This document shows, one piece after another, positions 48,856-60,600 of a stretch of DNA of 64,000 nucleotides. Position numbers and translations under genes: made by a program. The notes beneath the pieces are model-generated. The model was not told the DNA's origin. It was given only the letters and a program-made list of their open reading frames with translations, and made no database searches. Position 1 is the stretch's first letter. The number at the start of each line of letters is the position of its first letter. This DNA comes from Bilabrum cf. latius (lineage: Eukaryota), in assembly GCA_965178125.1 (NCBI GenBank), contig OZ237751.1, positions 124,001-188,000 of the forward strand, written 5' to 3'.

Positions 48856-51800
48856 TCAACTCTGGCCTGCCGTATATCGGCTCACGGCAGGCGTCAAATC
48901 CGATTCACCGCTGAGCCGAGCGCTGGACGAGCCCCCCACCTGGATCGCCTCCCCCGCCACCTGGCGCGCCTCGGCTGGGCCCATGAGCCGGCCCGTGATT
49001 CGGCCTGGGCGACCACCTTGGAAATGACGCCCCAGCTGCTTCCTAGGACCTCGCCTGGCTGTCTTACCCCTGAGTGCACGAGCTGAGCCGCTGGATATGC
49101 TAGCGTGACTAGGCCCGGCCCTGGCCCTGCCCACGAAAAGCTGCCCCTCTTGTCCCGAAACTGCATCCTTGTGTTCCCTGGCCGCATCGGGGCCGAAGAG
49201 ATGAGACGTACTCGGAGTGAAACCGCTTGGAGCCCGCGGTTCGCCGGTGCTGGCGCGTTGTTCCCCGGAGACATGATGCCGCTGTCCGGTGGGGTCACGA
49301 TGTCGCCCCCTGGCACCGGCACTAGCACCGGCACCGGTACTGGCGTGCAGTGAGGCATGGGGCGCGACGGACAGGTCAAGCCCAGAGGCTAGTACAGCCG
49401 ATGGCACGTCTCCCCGCTCCCTGCGACCAGTGCGCCCTTTGTATCCGTCGCGGTGCAGCCCACTCCTCGGGGGCAGGAACCGACCTCTTGCGCCACTTTT
49501 GTTTGCTTCCTTCGCGCGACCACTCGCGCCGCCGGCACGTCTCGCAGACCTGCGCCCGGTTGCATCGCCCGCGCCCGCGCGAGAGCCTGCCATGCCAATC
49601 CCCATCACCAGGCCGCCCGAGCGCGAGGCTGCTCTGGATGATCCGGCGCCCGGCTGTGGGCCACTTGTTTGTTCCCTAGGGGGTTGATGTTCCCTGGTAG
49701 AGCGGTGAGTCTCATTAACACCTCGGGGCACAGTAAGGGGAGATGCACGAATGCGGCTAGTGCGAGCGTCCCTTGGCTGGTCCCTGTCGCTTGCCCTCGA
49801 GCCAGAGCGAGAGTCCCGGGGCTTTTCTCTGGCTTCGTCTCGGCCAGCTGATCCCGCAGAGGAGGGATCCACGGGCAGCATCATGGAGCCAATCTGTAGG
49901 TCGAGCGAGGGCCCAGCAGGTTCACTCGGCAGCCCATCGACCGCCCTTGCAAGGCCAAGGCGAGACGGTGCCTCGCGCCGCGCGGAGTACGAACGCGACG
50001 TGCGCTGCTCCCCTCCAGGCCTGCGCTTTGCTATGCCAACCCCTACGCTGCTGCTGCCAGCTCTTGTCGTGCCATCTGCCCCGCCATTCACAAGCAGCAG
50101 CGAATCCATCGATTCGATTTCCTCTCCCTATCCGGTCGAGACGCCTGGCCGGGAAGACAGCTTGCCGCCGCTGGTAGAACTCTCGCTCGGTGGTCTGGCC
50201 TGACGGGGAGGAGGCTCCAGCCCAGGGAACAGGAGCAAGCCGTCCGCTCCTGTCTACAACTTGCTGGCCGCGCACCCATCTCCCCCGGGACACTTGTTGT
50301 TCCTCCGAGCGAGCCACTCCTCCAAGCAGTCGTCGTGCACCCGGCATCCACACGGAAGGTGCCGGCCGGGAGCCGCGCCACCCACGGGGCCAGAGCAGTC
50401 GCAGCATTTGCTCCCGCTGCTGCCCGGGGCCTCGTGGGTGCCGAAGGAGGAGCTCCCCACAGAGGGCAGGGAGCCCACCAAGTACCGGATCAGCGCGGGG
50501 GACGACGCACTCGTCACACCTAGATCCGGCCCGGATCTGCCCAGTCCCCGCCTCGCCGCCGCCGCCCGCTGCCTCTCCAGCTCCCTGGCTCGCTGCCAGC
50601 GGTCCAGGGACATCAGGAGGTCGTAGTCGGCCGGGGTGATCTCTCGGTCCTCCAGTCCGGCGAGTGCCTCCTGCATCGCGGCAGCATCGTGCAGTGCACC
50701 TGCTGGCGGACTGGCGGACGAGGAGGAACCCCTCGCAGCGGGGGTGGTGGGGTCCGAGCTTGCCCCCCTGCTGGGGGCGGGGTGCCACCCGTGCCAGGAG
50801 ACCAGCTCGCTCACCGACATGGGCATGGGCATCGGTGCAGACGCGGAGGAGGCCGGCGATTTCGAAGATGAAGATGGCCAGGTGCGCGCCGGTGTTTCCC
50901 TGCACACGAAGCAGTGCTTGCATGCCTGCCTGTACGCGCCTCTTGCGGCCTAAGGCTGCTTGTCGGGTGCACATGCCTGACCGGAGTGGTCGTGATTTTG
51001 ACCCGGCTGGGCTGCAGCTGACTGGCCACTTCCATGGACCATTCCCACGCTTAGGATACCCTATCGCTGCCTTGTCTGATGTATCGCACTCCTCACGCTC
51101 CCACTGAGAGCCCGATCTCCCAGTCGCAAAAGGGCACCAGGGCAAGGACCGCCCGATCCATGGCGCGGCTCCACTCGGCGGCTTCGTGCCTCATTTTCCT
51201 GCCTATTCCTGGTCTCTGCTATCTTCTTCTTCTTCATCCTGCGCCTAGGCATGCGCCCCCCTTCGTGCTCTCCTCTAAAGTAACACCGGGAGCACAGGTC
51301 CATCGCACTGCAGTGCACGCACCGTAGCCGCAGCCCAACCAGCGGGCTGGTCCCGCAGAAGGCGCACCTCACACCCCGGTGCTGCCGCCTGCCGCTGCCA
51401 CCGCTTCCTGCATGGCCGCGTCGGCTGGATCGCTCCTGCCGCCGCAGGGCAGACGCCACGGACCGCGGGTCTCCTCCCCCGGTGGACGGGAGAGACCCCC
51501 GAGCACTTGCTCCGCTCCAGCCCGTGCTCGCCTTGTCACCCGAAGCGGCCGCCGCCCCCACTTCCCATTGCGCGCGGCAGAGAGGACACGTGACGTCGGC
51601 GTGCTCCGCCGCCCGATGCTCCGCCCACACTCGCATGCAGTGCGTGTGCAGGTTCTGACCGCAGCTCGAGGCGCACCACACGAGCTGCTCGTCAGGCGTC
51701 ATTGGGTCCTGACAGATGGGACAGGTCTCCCCCGGCTGGAGCGGCTATCGCTCTATCCCAGACGCGGGAGGTTTGGTCCCATCGCGCGCGCCTGGGCCTG

Positions 51801-52290
51801 GGCCGGCGCCGCTGCTGCCAGTGCCGTCCTCGTGGCGGAAATTCCGACGCTGCCGCAGGGCGCGCTGCCTACCAAACCGAGCTTCTGCCCGTTCCCTGCC
51901 CTCGAGAATGGCTTCCACTTCAGCATCCGTAAGCGATAGCTGGTACAGTAGCGGGCTGTCCGCGGATACGTGCAGCAAGCGATGCATTGCGAAGACCAGG
52001 TGTTTGCACAGCTACGACGCCGGCCTGTCCCCGAAGCAGCTAGAGCAGAGAAGCTCCCGCCCAATAAATACTCTGATTCGCTTTGAGCGTAGCTTCTACC
52101 CGTCCAGAGGCCCAGCGTCGCTTGAAGCCTCAGTTGGTGTGCCGGGCGGCTGCTCCTATTCAACCAAAATGAAACCCGTCGAGCCAAGGTCCTGGACACG
52201 GAACAGGCTGCGATTCTGCGCGAGCGTGTCCAAAATCTTGGGCAAGTCTGGGGGTGGGCGGGAAATCCATGGGGTAGATCGGACAGCCAT
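48856..52290 (-). CDS. ZSWIM2-like E3 ubiquitin ligase (SWIM, RING, ZZ, RING) with a long disordered C-terminus
   Basis: CSSC..LCKHLVFAM (SWIM), CPICQD..CGQNLH..CM.VW..CPLCR, HRGVRC..PLVGLRLRC..DLCSRC (ZZ), REITPADYDLLMSLD, LPCGCRVHDDC. About 8 in-frame TAGs; ends TGA. Confidence 0.75.
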
Positions 52291-52415
52291 CCTGCTAGGC
52301 CTGGCTGTCCTGTGTGCAGGCAACGGCAACTGCCCGTAAGTGGGTTTTGGTGTGACGACAAGACTAGGTCGGACAGCAAAATGCAAGGTCGTGTTGTCCT
52401 TCAATCGGCATAGTC

Positions 52416-54332
52416 TTATCTTCGCGTGGTTAGAGCGCGCCTCTGCCTGGTCCATCCCCACAAGGACGCACCCAAAGCAGCACAATGCAGCAGCAAGCCC
52501 CCGAGCATCACGTATCGGCCCACCTGCCTCGCAGTTGCAGCACCACCAACCCCTTGCACCTTCACCACGCCCGCTGCTTCCGCACGACCAGCCGCCTCCT
52601 CCCTCTCCCCCCCTCTCACATCCCCGGGCCCCACCACCACCCCCCTCCCCTCTCTCTCAACCTCCCTCGCCCACCGCAGCCTACCCTCGATCTTCGCCCT
52701 CGACTCCTCGTCAAAGGCCTCATCCGCGCCCTTCTCCAGAAGCTCCCTCGCGCACCCGTCCGTCAGCAGCACCCAGTTGTGCCTCGAGGGTCCCTCCTCC
52801 GGCCTCCACCGCGCCAGCAGCAGGCCCCCCTTCTTGGACCCCATCCGGAGCCCAGTCACCGCGCACCGGCCCCTCCACACGTGCGTCAGCAGGTACTCCA
52901 CCACGGTCGGGCTCACGTCGTCCTCCAGTTCCGGTTTCTCGACCCCGTGCTCCCGTTTTTCCCTGTGGGTCAGCCGGTGGAACGTCTTGGTGACCAGGCT
53001 CTTTGAGGGCCGGGGCAGCGTCAGGGGGCTCTTGATGGGCTTGCCCGCCAGCTCGCACAGCGCGTGCGTGGCCAGCGCCATTCCCATCAGAGCGGGAAGG
53101 GTGCCCAGGACCGGCATGACTCGGAGCCGCATGCCTCCCACGGCTCCGAACTCCGTGGGGTTCTCGGCCTGGGCTTTGGTGAGAGGCAGCAGCTTCACCG
53201 CGGGCTCCTCGCTCGTGTAGACCACTTGGGTGCTGGCCAGCAACTGCGCGTACCTCTTCGCCCCCTCCTCGCTGAGCTCGTCCTGCAAGGGAAGCCAGAA
53301 CATGCCGTGCTGCTCGTCCCCGCCGCCCTTGTCCTTGCCCTTGCCCTTGCCCTCGCCCTTGTCCTTGCCCTTCATCGCCGCCCTCCTGGCCTCCTCCTCG
53401 GGGAAGGGCGGCTCTCCTGCAGCCAGCCTCCTCTGCACCCTGCTCCTCTCCTGCTAGGGCAAAGAGGCGAAGTACTCCTCCTTGCGCATGTCTAATCGAA
53501 GCCTGTACCTCAGCTGGATGGCGAGCGAGTCCACGATGGTGCTGTCCAGCGTGCTCAGGTGCATCCTGGTGAAGTCGCACTTGCCCCCCGCCCCCAGGGC
53601 ACACACCACGGGCAGCCCCAGTCGGTCGCAGGCCATCACCAGCTGGGCCTTGGTGGGAGTATCGTCGATGCAGTCCAGGACCAGGTCGGGCTTGCCCCAG
53701 TCCAGGGAGGAGGCAGGGGCAGAGGAGGAGGAAGCTGCACCACCTGGGCCGGGGGCGGTCGAGTCGCCCAGCGATGCAGGCGGCTGCGCCGGACCCACTA
53801 GCAGCTCGTCGGCGGAGGTACCCCGGAACATCTGCGTCACCGCATCCACCTGCACGAACGGGGCAATCTCGTGGAAATGCGCCTGGCAGGCCTCCACCTT
53901 GGGGATGCCTACGTCGCGGCGGGTCGCGACAGCATGCCTGTTCAGGCTGGACAGGGTCACGTTGTCGAAATCGATGAGCCTGAGCTTGCTGACTCCAGAA
54001 CGAGCGAGCATGTGGGCTGCGTGTGACCCAACCCCCCCAAGGCCGACAACAACCACGTACGAGCCCTCCAGCTTCTGCTGGGGCTTGTCGCCAAAGAACT
54101 GGCGTATGCGGGACAGCTACTCGTCCCGAAGCTGGGGCGAATCTTCTAGAGCCTGGCCTGATACTGCATCCATGCCCGACGCAATGCTTCCAGCCGTCGA
54201 GGGGCCATGCTGCTTTTGTTTGCATGGGGCACCAGAGTTGGTTGCACCGGCGAACTCCTCAATGGCCAAACCTGCGAGAAATGCGAGGCTGCCCCCCGCA
54301 GAGCAAATTGCAGCTACCTTGAGAGGTTCCAT
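52416..54332 (-). CDS. tRNA threonylcarbamoyladenosine dehydratase (TcdA/TCD1-2, ThiF family)
   Basis: N-terminal TM, LRDE*LSRIRQFFG, VVVGLGGVGSHAAHMLARSGV, IDFDNVTLSSLNRHA, DCIDD, LGAGGK, VVYTSE, RVMPVLGTLPALMG. TAGs at 54117 and 53454; ends TAA. Confidence 0.9.
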
Positions 54333-54614
54333 TATAAATGCAAAGAACAAAGCAGGCACTTTCGCTGAAATTTGCGAAACTTGCGTCGTTCTTTTCTTGC
54401 CCGAGCCTACGAACGTTCGATGAAATAGTAGCGTGATGCTTTGATCAAGTCTGATATTTGCGCTACGTTCGAACTAGATCGATCCTGCCTGCTTCAGGCT
54501 GGGATCACAGAGCAGCACACAACCACAGTTTCATTTTATCACTACTGAGCTCCACATCCCTTACGGATTTGTCGGTATTGCGAAATAGAGTCGCCCGGAA
54601 ACGCTACTGGACTG

Positions 54615-57600
54615 ATGGCGGGGAGCAGCACTCCAATTCTACCAACTAGCCTCCGGTAGCTGTTGCTCGCGGTCGAAGGCGAGTACCAGGTTGACGATGC
54701 TTCCCTGATCTCGGCGTTGGGTCATTCCAGTCTCCCAGAGTCTCTGTCAAGGTTTGGACAGCACTTCGGGAAGCCCTCATAGAGTTCTCTCGAGGCCTTG
54801 CGATCCGGCGGCCCGGTGGTGTTACCAAGCGGGGAAACTCTTGAAATTAGTAGCGATGCCGCTGATAGCGAGGTGCGGTTCTGCGCCGATGTGGCGTCCA
54901 TGCTCCAAGTGGATGAGCTGCACGCCGCCGTCATATGGCAGCGCACGCCGGACTGCCGAGGCCTGGGAAGCTAGGAATAGCTGCTGCAGCCGCAATTTTT
55001 ACGAGTAGCGTGGCGCACGTACAGGGAAGAGCAGCTCGCGTCGATCCGCCTGCTGGAAGCGATGTACGTGCAGGCGCGGCAGCAGCTGCAGAGCGACTTG
55101 GCCATCCCCGAGGCGGCCGAAGCCAGCGGCGACGGGCCCGCCACGAGCATGGCAGTAGCGCTGGCGCGATGCCTGCGCGCCGTGGAGGAGGCGTGTACGG
55201 CTGGGAAGGGCAAGGCGGGCGTGGCTGCCGCTGCGGCCCGCGCCTACCTTCGGGTCAGGAAGGCAGACATGCCCGACGCGGACCTGGATCCGCCCCAGGC
55301 TGCCGTGGCCGCCGCCGGAGACAAGGCAGCCAGGGGCCCCGCGGGCGCCCTGCCTGCCACCATCACTTCTGCGGGTGAGCGCGCGTCCGCTGGGATCCGG
55401 AGCCGCTGGCCGTGCAGCTGCCTCCCGTGCCCTCAGATGGAGGAGGACGGGGCCGGCTTCCTGAGGGCGTTTCGGCGGGCGTGGGCCGAGCACCAGCTGG
55501 ACATGCAGAGGGCCCTTCTCTCTCTCATGGCCACGCTGGGGCACCAGTCCATGCGGCCGGTCACCTCGCTGCCCCCCGCCCAGCTAGGGGATATCCTGGG
55601 GGACCCCCTGGCGGACGAGCCGCCCCCGCAGCACCTGCGACACCTGGCACTGGACTCGGCCCAGGCCGCCGATCTGTGCCGGCAGCTGGAGGCATCGCTC
55701 CTCATGGCCGCGCTGGCGGGGCTGCAGCTGCATCTACCGGCGGAGGGCGGGCCCATGCCGCACCCGCTGCTGGCGCAGGAGCCAGCGGGCGAGGGGAGGC
55801 AGGGCACGGCAGGGGCGTTCGGGAGCCCCGATGGCAACAGCGGAGGCGGGGGCGCCGGACTGGGCGTGCCGGGCGGGCCGTAGTCCCCGCTGGCCGCGCT
55901 CTTCCACGGCGTGCATGCCAGGTGCGAGCAGTGGCGCGCGCAGACGAGACAGCTAGCACAGGGGGAAGCGGATGTCGAGGGCGCAGGAGCCGGCAGCGGG
56001 GCGCGTCTAGCGGGCGAGTCCGCGGTGGTGTCCCGAGCCATCCCCGCCCCGGTGCACGTGCCGCTGGCGCTGGCTCTGGCTGGGTTTGTGGAGCGGTTGC
56101 GCGCCACTGGGAGCTCCCTGGGCGCGCGGCTGGGACGTGAGATGCCGGCGGCCTCTGCCCTGATCCGGTCCGAGCTGGTGCTGTGCGGCGCCAAGGACGC
56201 CTTGCTGAGGGCCATCGCCGTGAGGGACGCGGAGGGGGCGGTGCCTAAGAGAGGTCGCCGGCGGGCTCTCCGATGGGCGGAGTCCCTGCGCGGGCTGGAG
56301 GACGCGGCGGCTTTATCCGGCTCGTCCGAGGGCGCCACGGTGTTTGGGGCACCGGTGCGTGCCGCTTGGCGGGAGGAGGAGGAAGTGGTGGCGGAGGCAG
56401 GCCACGACAGCGACAGCGAGGAGGAGGACTCGGGGGCAGTGGCGGGGCAGGACCTCAGATGGCTGGCGGAGGGCAGCTGGGACGTCCTCTCTGGGGAGCT
56501 GGATCGCACCCTAGCGCACCAGCTCAAGGAAGCGGCGCAGCAGGCCGGACCCGGGTCAGGGGCAGGGGCAAGCGAGAGCAAAGAGGCCGACCTACCGGGG
56601 GAGGGCGAGTCCAAAGAGGCAGAGCCGGCAGGCCCCTCCTCCTTCTCCTCCTCTCCGGAGGATGACTCCACGGAGGACCTGGAGCCCGCGCTGCTGCAGG
56701 AGGCCAGGGAGACGGAGGAGAGGAGGCACCGCCTGAGGTACCGCTCTCGAGCGGCTGCCATCGCCTCTGCCGTGCAGGACGATTTCTCGAAGAGACCGCT
56801 GCTGGCGCTGCCGCCGACCTCGGAGGAGTTCAGAGCCGCGAGGAGCAGCCTAGCAGAGGGCAGGGCAGGGGAGAGGGAGGGCGACTTGGGCGGGGGAGGG
56901 GGAGGCCCAGGGGGGCAGGAGGAGGCAGAGGGCGAGGTGCTGCCCCTGGTGCCTGGTCTAGGCGGCACGGGCGTGGGAGCCTCCCAGGGCGGGCTTGGGT
57001 CGAGGCCGAGGAGGCGATACCAGGCGCACGAGCGGAGCCTCTTCCGGCAGGCGGCGGAACTGCGGGGGAGCGATGCGGTGGGCGGGTCGTCATCATTGGG
57101 AGGGGTCGCGGCCTCCTCCCGTCCCGCGGCACAGGTGGCTCGAGAGCTCGGGGAACTGCCGCTGCTGCAGCTGCTGGAGGCGCGTGCGGCGGTGCAGCAC
57201 CAGTTCCCGCAGTCCGAGTCGGAGATGGACGCCTGCGTGTCGATGGTTCGCGGCGTATACCGGGGCCAGAGGCAGCGGGCCCTCGCGTTCTGGGCCTCGG
57301 TGGACCAGCGGGCCAGGGAACACGCGGGGGAGATGGCCCTGGATCGGGTGGTGCAGGCGGCCATCCGAGCGGACCCCGCGGTGGTGGACCACTCGTCCAT
57401 CCTGGGCGGCGGCGATGGGCTGCTGCGAGACCTCAAGCCGCTGGTGAGGCCCAGCGCACACGAGCTCGCCGCTGGCGTGGATCGCGCAGCGTGTGGCATC
57501 AGCCCGCTGCTCAGCCGTGCCAAGCAGCTGTTCCCGGCGCAGGTCAGGCACCTATGTGCCTTGGCAGAGGCGCTGGTGGTCCCCGGTGCGCCCGAGACGG

Positions 57601-60600
57601 CGCGGGCCACGGGGCGTTACCTTTCGCTGCTGTCGAGCGTGTGCTGCGACGCTCCGCTGGGAGATGGGGCTCTAGCCCGAGCGCCGGGGGCGGCGAGACA
57701 GGGGGCGATGCGAGCCGGGGAGCGAGTGCGGCTGGTGCGGCCGCTGGTGTCCGTGGGCGACTCGCTGGTGCTGCCGTCGGGGACCCAGGGGCTCGTCGTG
57801 GCTGCGGGGGCCGGGCCTGACCTAGACGGGCAGCAGGAGGGTCGGCGGGCGGCAGCAGCAGCCGGGCGTCGAGTCACGGCCCGCTGGAGAGTGTCCGTGT
57901 CGGCGTGGCCGGTCCTGGCCTCCCGCATCGGCGAGTGCGCCAAGGTCGTGTCCGCCGTGGGTCCCGCTGCCATGGGGTGCGGGAGGGCGCAAGAGGTGAC
58001 CGCTGCGCTCAGGCTATTCACCAGGATCATGGCGGCGGACGCGGGCGCCATGACGCAGGTGGTGCGGCAGCTCGTGGCAGCCGACGACTCCCTGCAGCAC
58101 CACTGCAGGCGCATGCAGAGAGCGGCAGAGGCCATGCCCCAGGGATCAGATGCCTGGAGGCGGGCCAGCGCTGCCGCGAGAGCGTGCGCGGAGGCCAGCC
58201 TCCACGGCGCGAGTGGGCGCACCGGTGCGCACGCGGGCCGGCGCGAAGCGTCCGCGGGGCGGTGGCTGGTGCGACGCGTATGCGCTCTGGCCATCGGGTG
58301 CGCGCAGGGCCACGGCGTGATCGCCGGAGGAGGCGTCGGCGCCGAGGGGCTGCGTCCTGACGGGGATGCGGAGGCCGTGCAGCGCGCTGCGGAGGGCTGG
58401 ATGCTGGCCTCTCGGGGGGGCCCGACCGAGCTGGATCCCGACTGGAGGGACAAGCTGAACGGGGACGAAGAGCTTGTGCGGCAACTGATCAGCGAGTGCA
58501 GGGCCTAGTGCCGGTCGGTCGCCATCGAGGCCATGCGGTGCCTCGCCGCCGTCACCTCTGCGCTACCCGGCCCCGCGCTGGAGGTGCTGACGCAGCCGCT
58601 GTCCCATTGCGTGGTCCTGTCCAGGGACTCGCTCCGGTCCTAGTCGATGCGCGGCGGCGCTGGCGGTTCTTCCCGCGCCAGCGCAAGCACCATCCTCGAG
58701 AGGACGCTCGCGGTGCAGGCCGCCAGCGAGGCCGTGGCCTCGGCTCGGGACGCTGCGGAGAGGTAGGGCGTGACGGGTGACGCGATCGTTGGCTTTAGCG
58801 CCCGCTCGGAGATGTCAGGGGCCGATGGGATGCGCACAGGGGGTAGCCGCGACAGGGAGGAGGCGGATCGGCAGGCACTCGGCACCTCCGGCACGGCGGG
58901 GGCGGGGCTCCTGCAGCTGGCGCTTGCCCTCCTTCGGGCCGGCGAGGGCGTGGTGGCGGAGGAGAGGCAGGGAGGCGGCAATGGCCCGGGGTCTGCCGCC
59001 GGTGGCGGCGGGAATTGCCCGGGGGTGATACCAACTGCCCTGGTGGCGCTGCGGCTGTGCACTGCCTGCCTGTCTGCCATCGCGCGCAGCCGGGCCCGCA
59101 TCCCTGCGCGAGAAGCGTTCCGCGTCTTTGACGAGGATGGGTCGGGCGAGGTGGACACGAAGGAGTTTACCGAGGCGCTGGGCCGCATCGGTGCGAGCCT
59201 GAGCCCCGACGCGACCGAGGCGCTCGTGGAGCTGCTGGACAGGGACGGGTCGGGCTCCATCGAGATCGACGAGTTCGTGCGGTTCGCGAGGGGCGAGAGC
59301 CTCCAGGAGCTGGTGGAGGCGGCGCAGGAGACGGGAGCCGACGGCAGCACGCGGGGGAGTGCTGGGATCCGAGGTGTGGGCGCGATGCAGCAGCAGTTCG
59401 CCAGGGCGGTGCGCGGATCGATCAACGAGTCGTCCGCCAAGAGCGCGCTCCTCGGCGGGCGCCGCATGGAGGCCGTTGTGCGGGAGCTCAGAGGGCTGGT
59501 GCAGATGCTCACGGGACGGACTGCCCTGCGTCGGAAGCAGGAGGAGAGGCTTGGCCGGGCGTGCTGCGATTTCGCCGCAAACGCCCTGCTGGCAGCGCGT
59601 GGCTTCTCGCAGGTAGCGGGCGGGGCCCCTCTGCGGCTGGAGGCCAGGCACTTGCTGGAGGCGCGCGCGCTGCGGGTGCTGTCGCTGGCGGCGAGAGACC
59701 TGACGGCGGAGGCGGAGGCGCAGGAGGACGCGGTCATAGGCGGGTCGAGTGCAGCCGAGACGGCGGCCATCGCAGCGGGCGTGCGGACGGACCGCAGCGC
59801 GCCGCACTCGCTGCGGGACGACGTGCTGCGCGGCATCCTCAGGTCCAAGCCCCTGCAGCGCGCCCTCGTGGGGTGCGCGCTGGAGGTCTCCATCTCTGGG
59901 ATGCGCGCCAAGCGCAGGCAGAGGGGCGCCGATGTGGCGGCCGCTGACCCTGGCCGCGCCGTGGAGCTGGCCTCTAGGCCGGCACCCCTCAGCGAGCTTC
60001 TGCAGGAGAGGGGTGCTCTCGGCGTGGGCGGGTCGGGGTCATCAGGCCAAGGGGGTGCAACGAGGTCCAGGAAGAGGGGGGCGCTAGAGGCCGAGGTGGG
60101 CGTGGGCGGGGCCGGGCTGCACGCCGCCGCCGTGTCTCTGCCCGTTGACTTCAGTCAGGGCGTGCTGTCGCAGTGCTCTATGGGACAGGGCCGGGGCCTG
60201 CTCGAGCTGAGGACCAGGCGAGCTCTGGGTCTGCTGCGGCTGGTGCTGCTGAGCCGGCCGGCGGGGCAGGACGGCGGGCAGCACGCCGCTGTTGCGTTTG
60301 CCATGCGCGAGGCGGCCCGCGGCCGCGGCAGCAGCCAGTGGCCCGCGTGGCTCGCAGCGGCTGCGACCCTCGCAGGCACGCCGCACGGGGACGCCTCGGG
60401 GCTGCCGTCCAGGGCGGTCCTGGACGGCGGCCTGGCGGGCGAGGCGTGGCACTCTTTGGCCTGGGACGCCTAGCGCAAGCTGGAGATGTTCTCGCAAAAG
60501 GTGAGCGTGGCCTACTTGCCCGGCCATCAGCCGGAGGGGGCCTCCCACGGCAAGGCCCGCATGCGTGTCCCGCTCATCGTGGCTCTCGCGGGGCTGCTGG

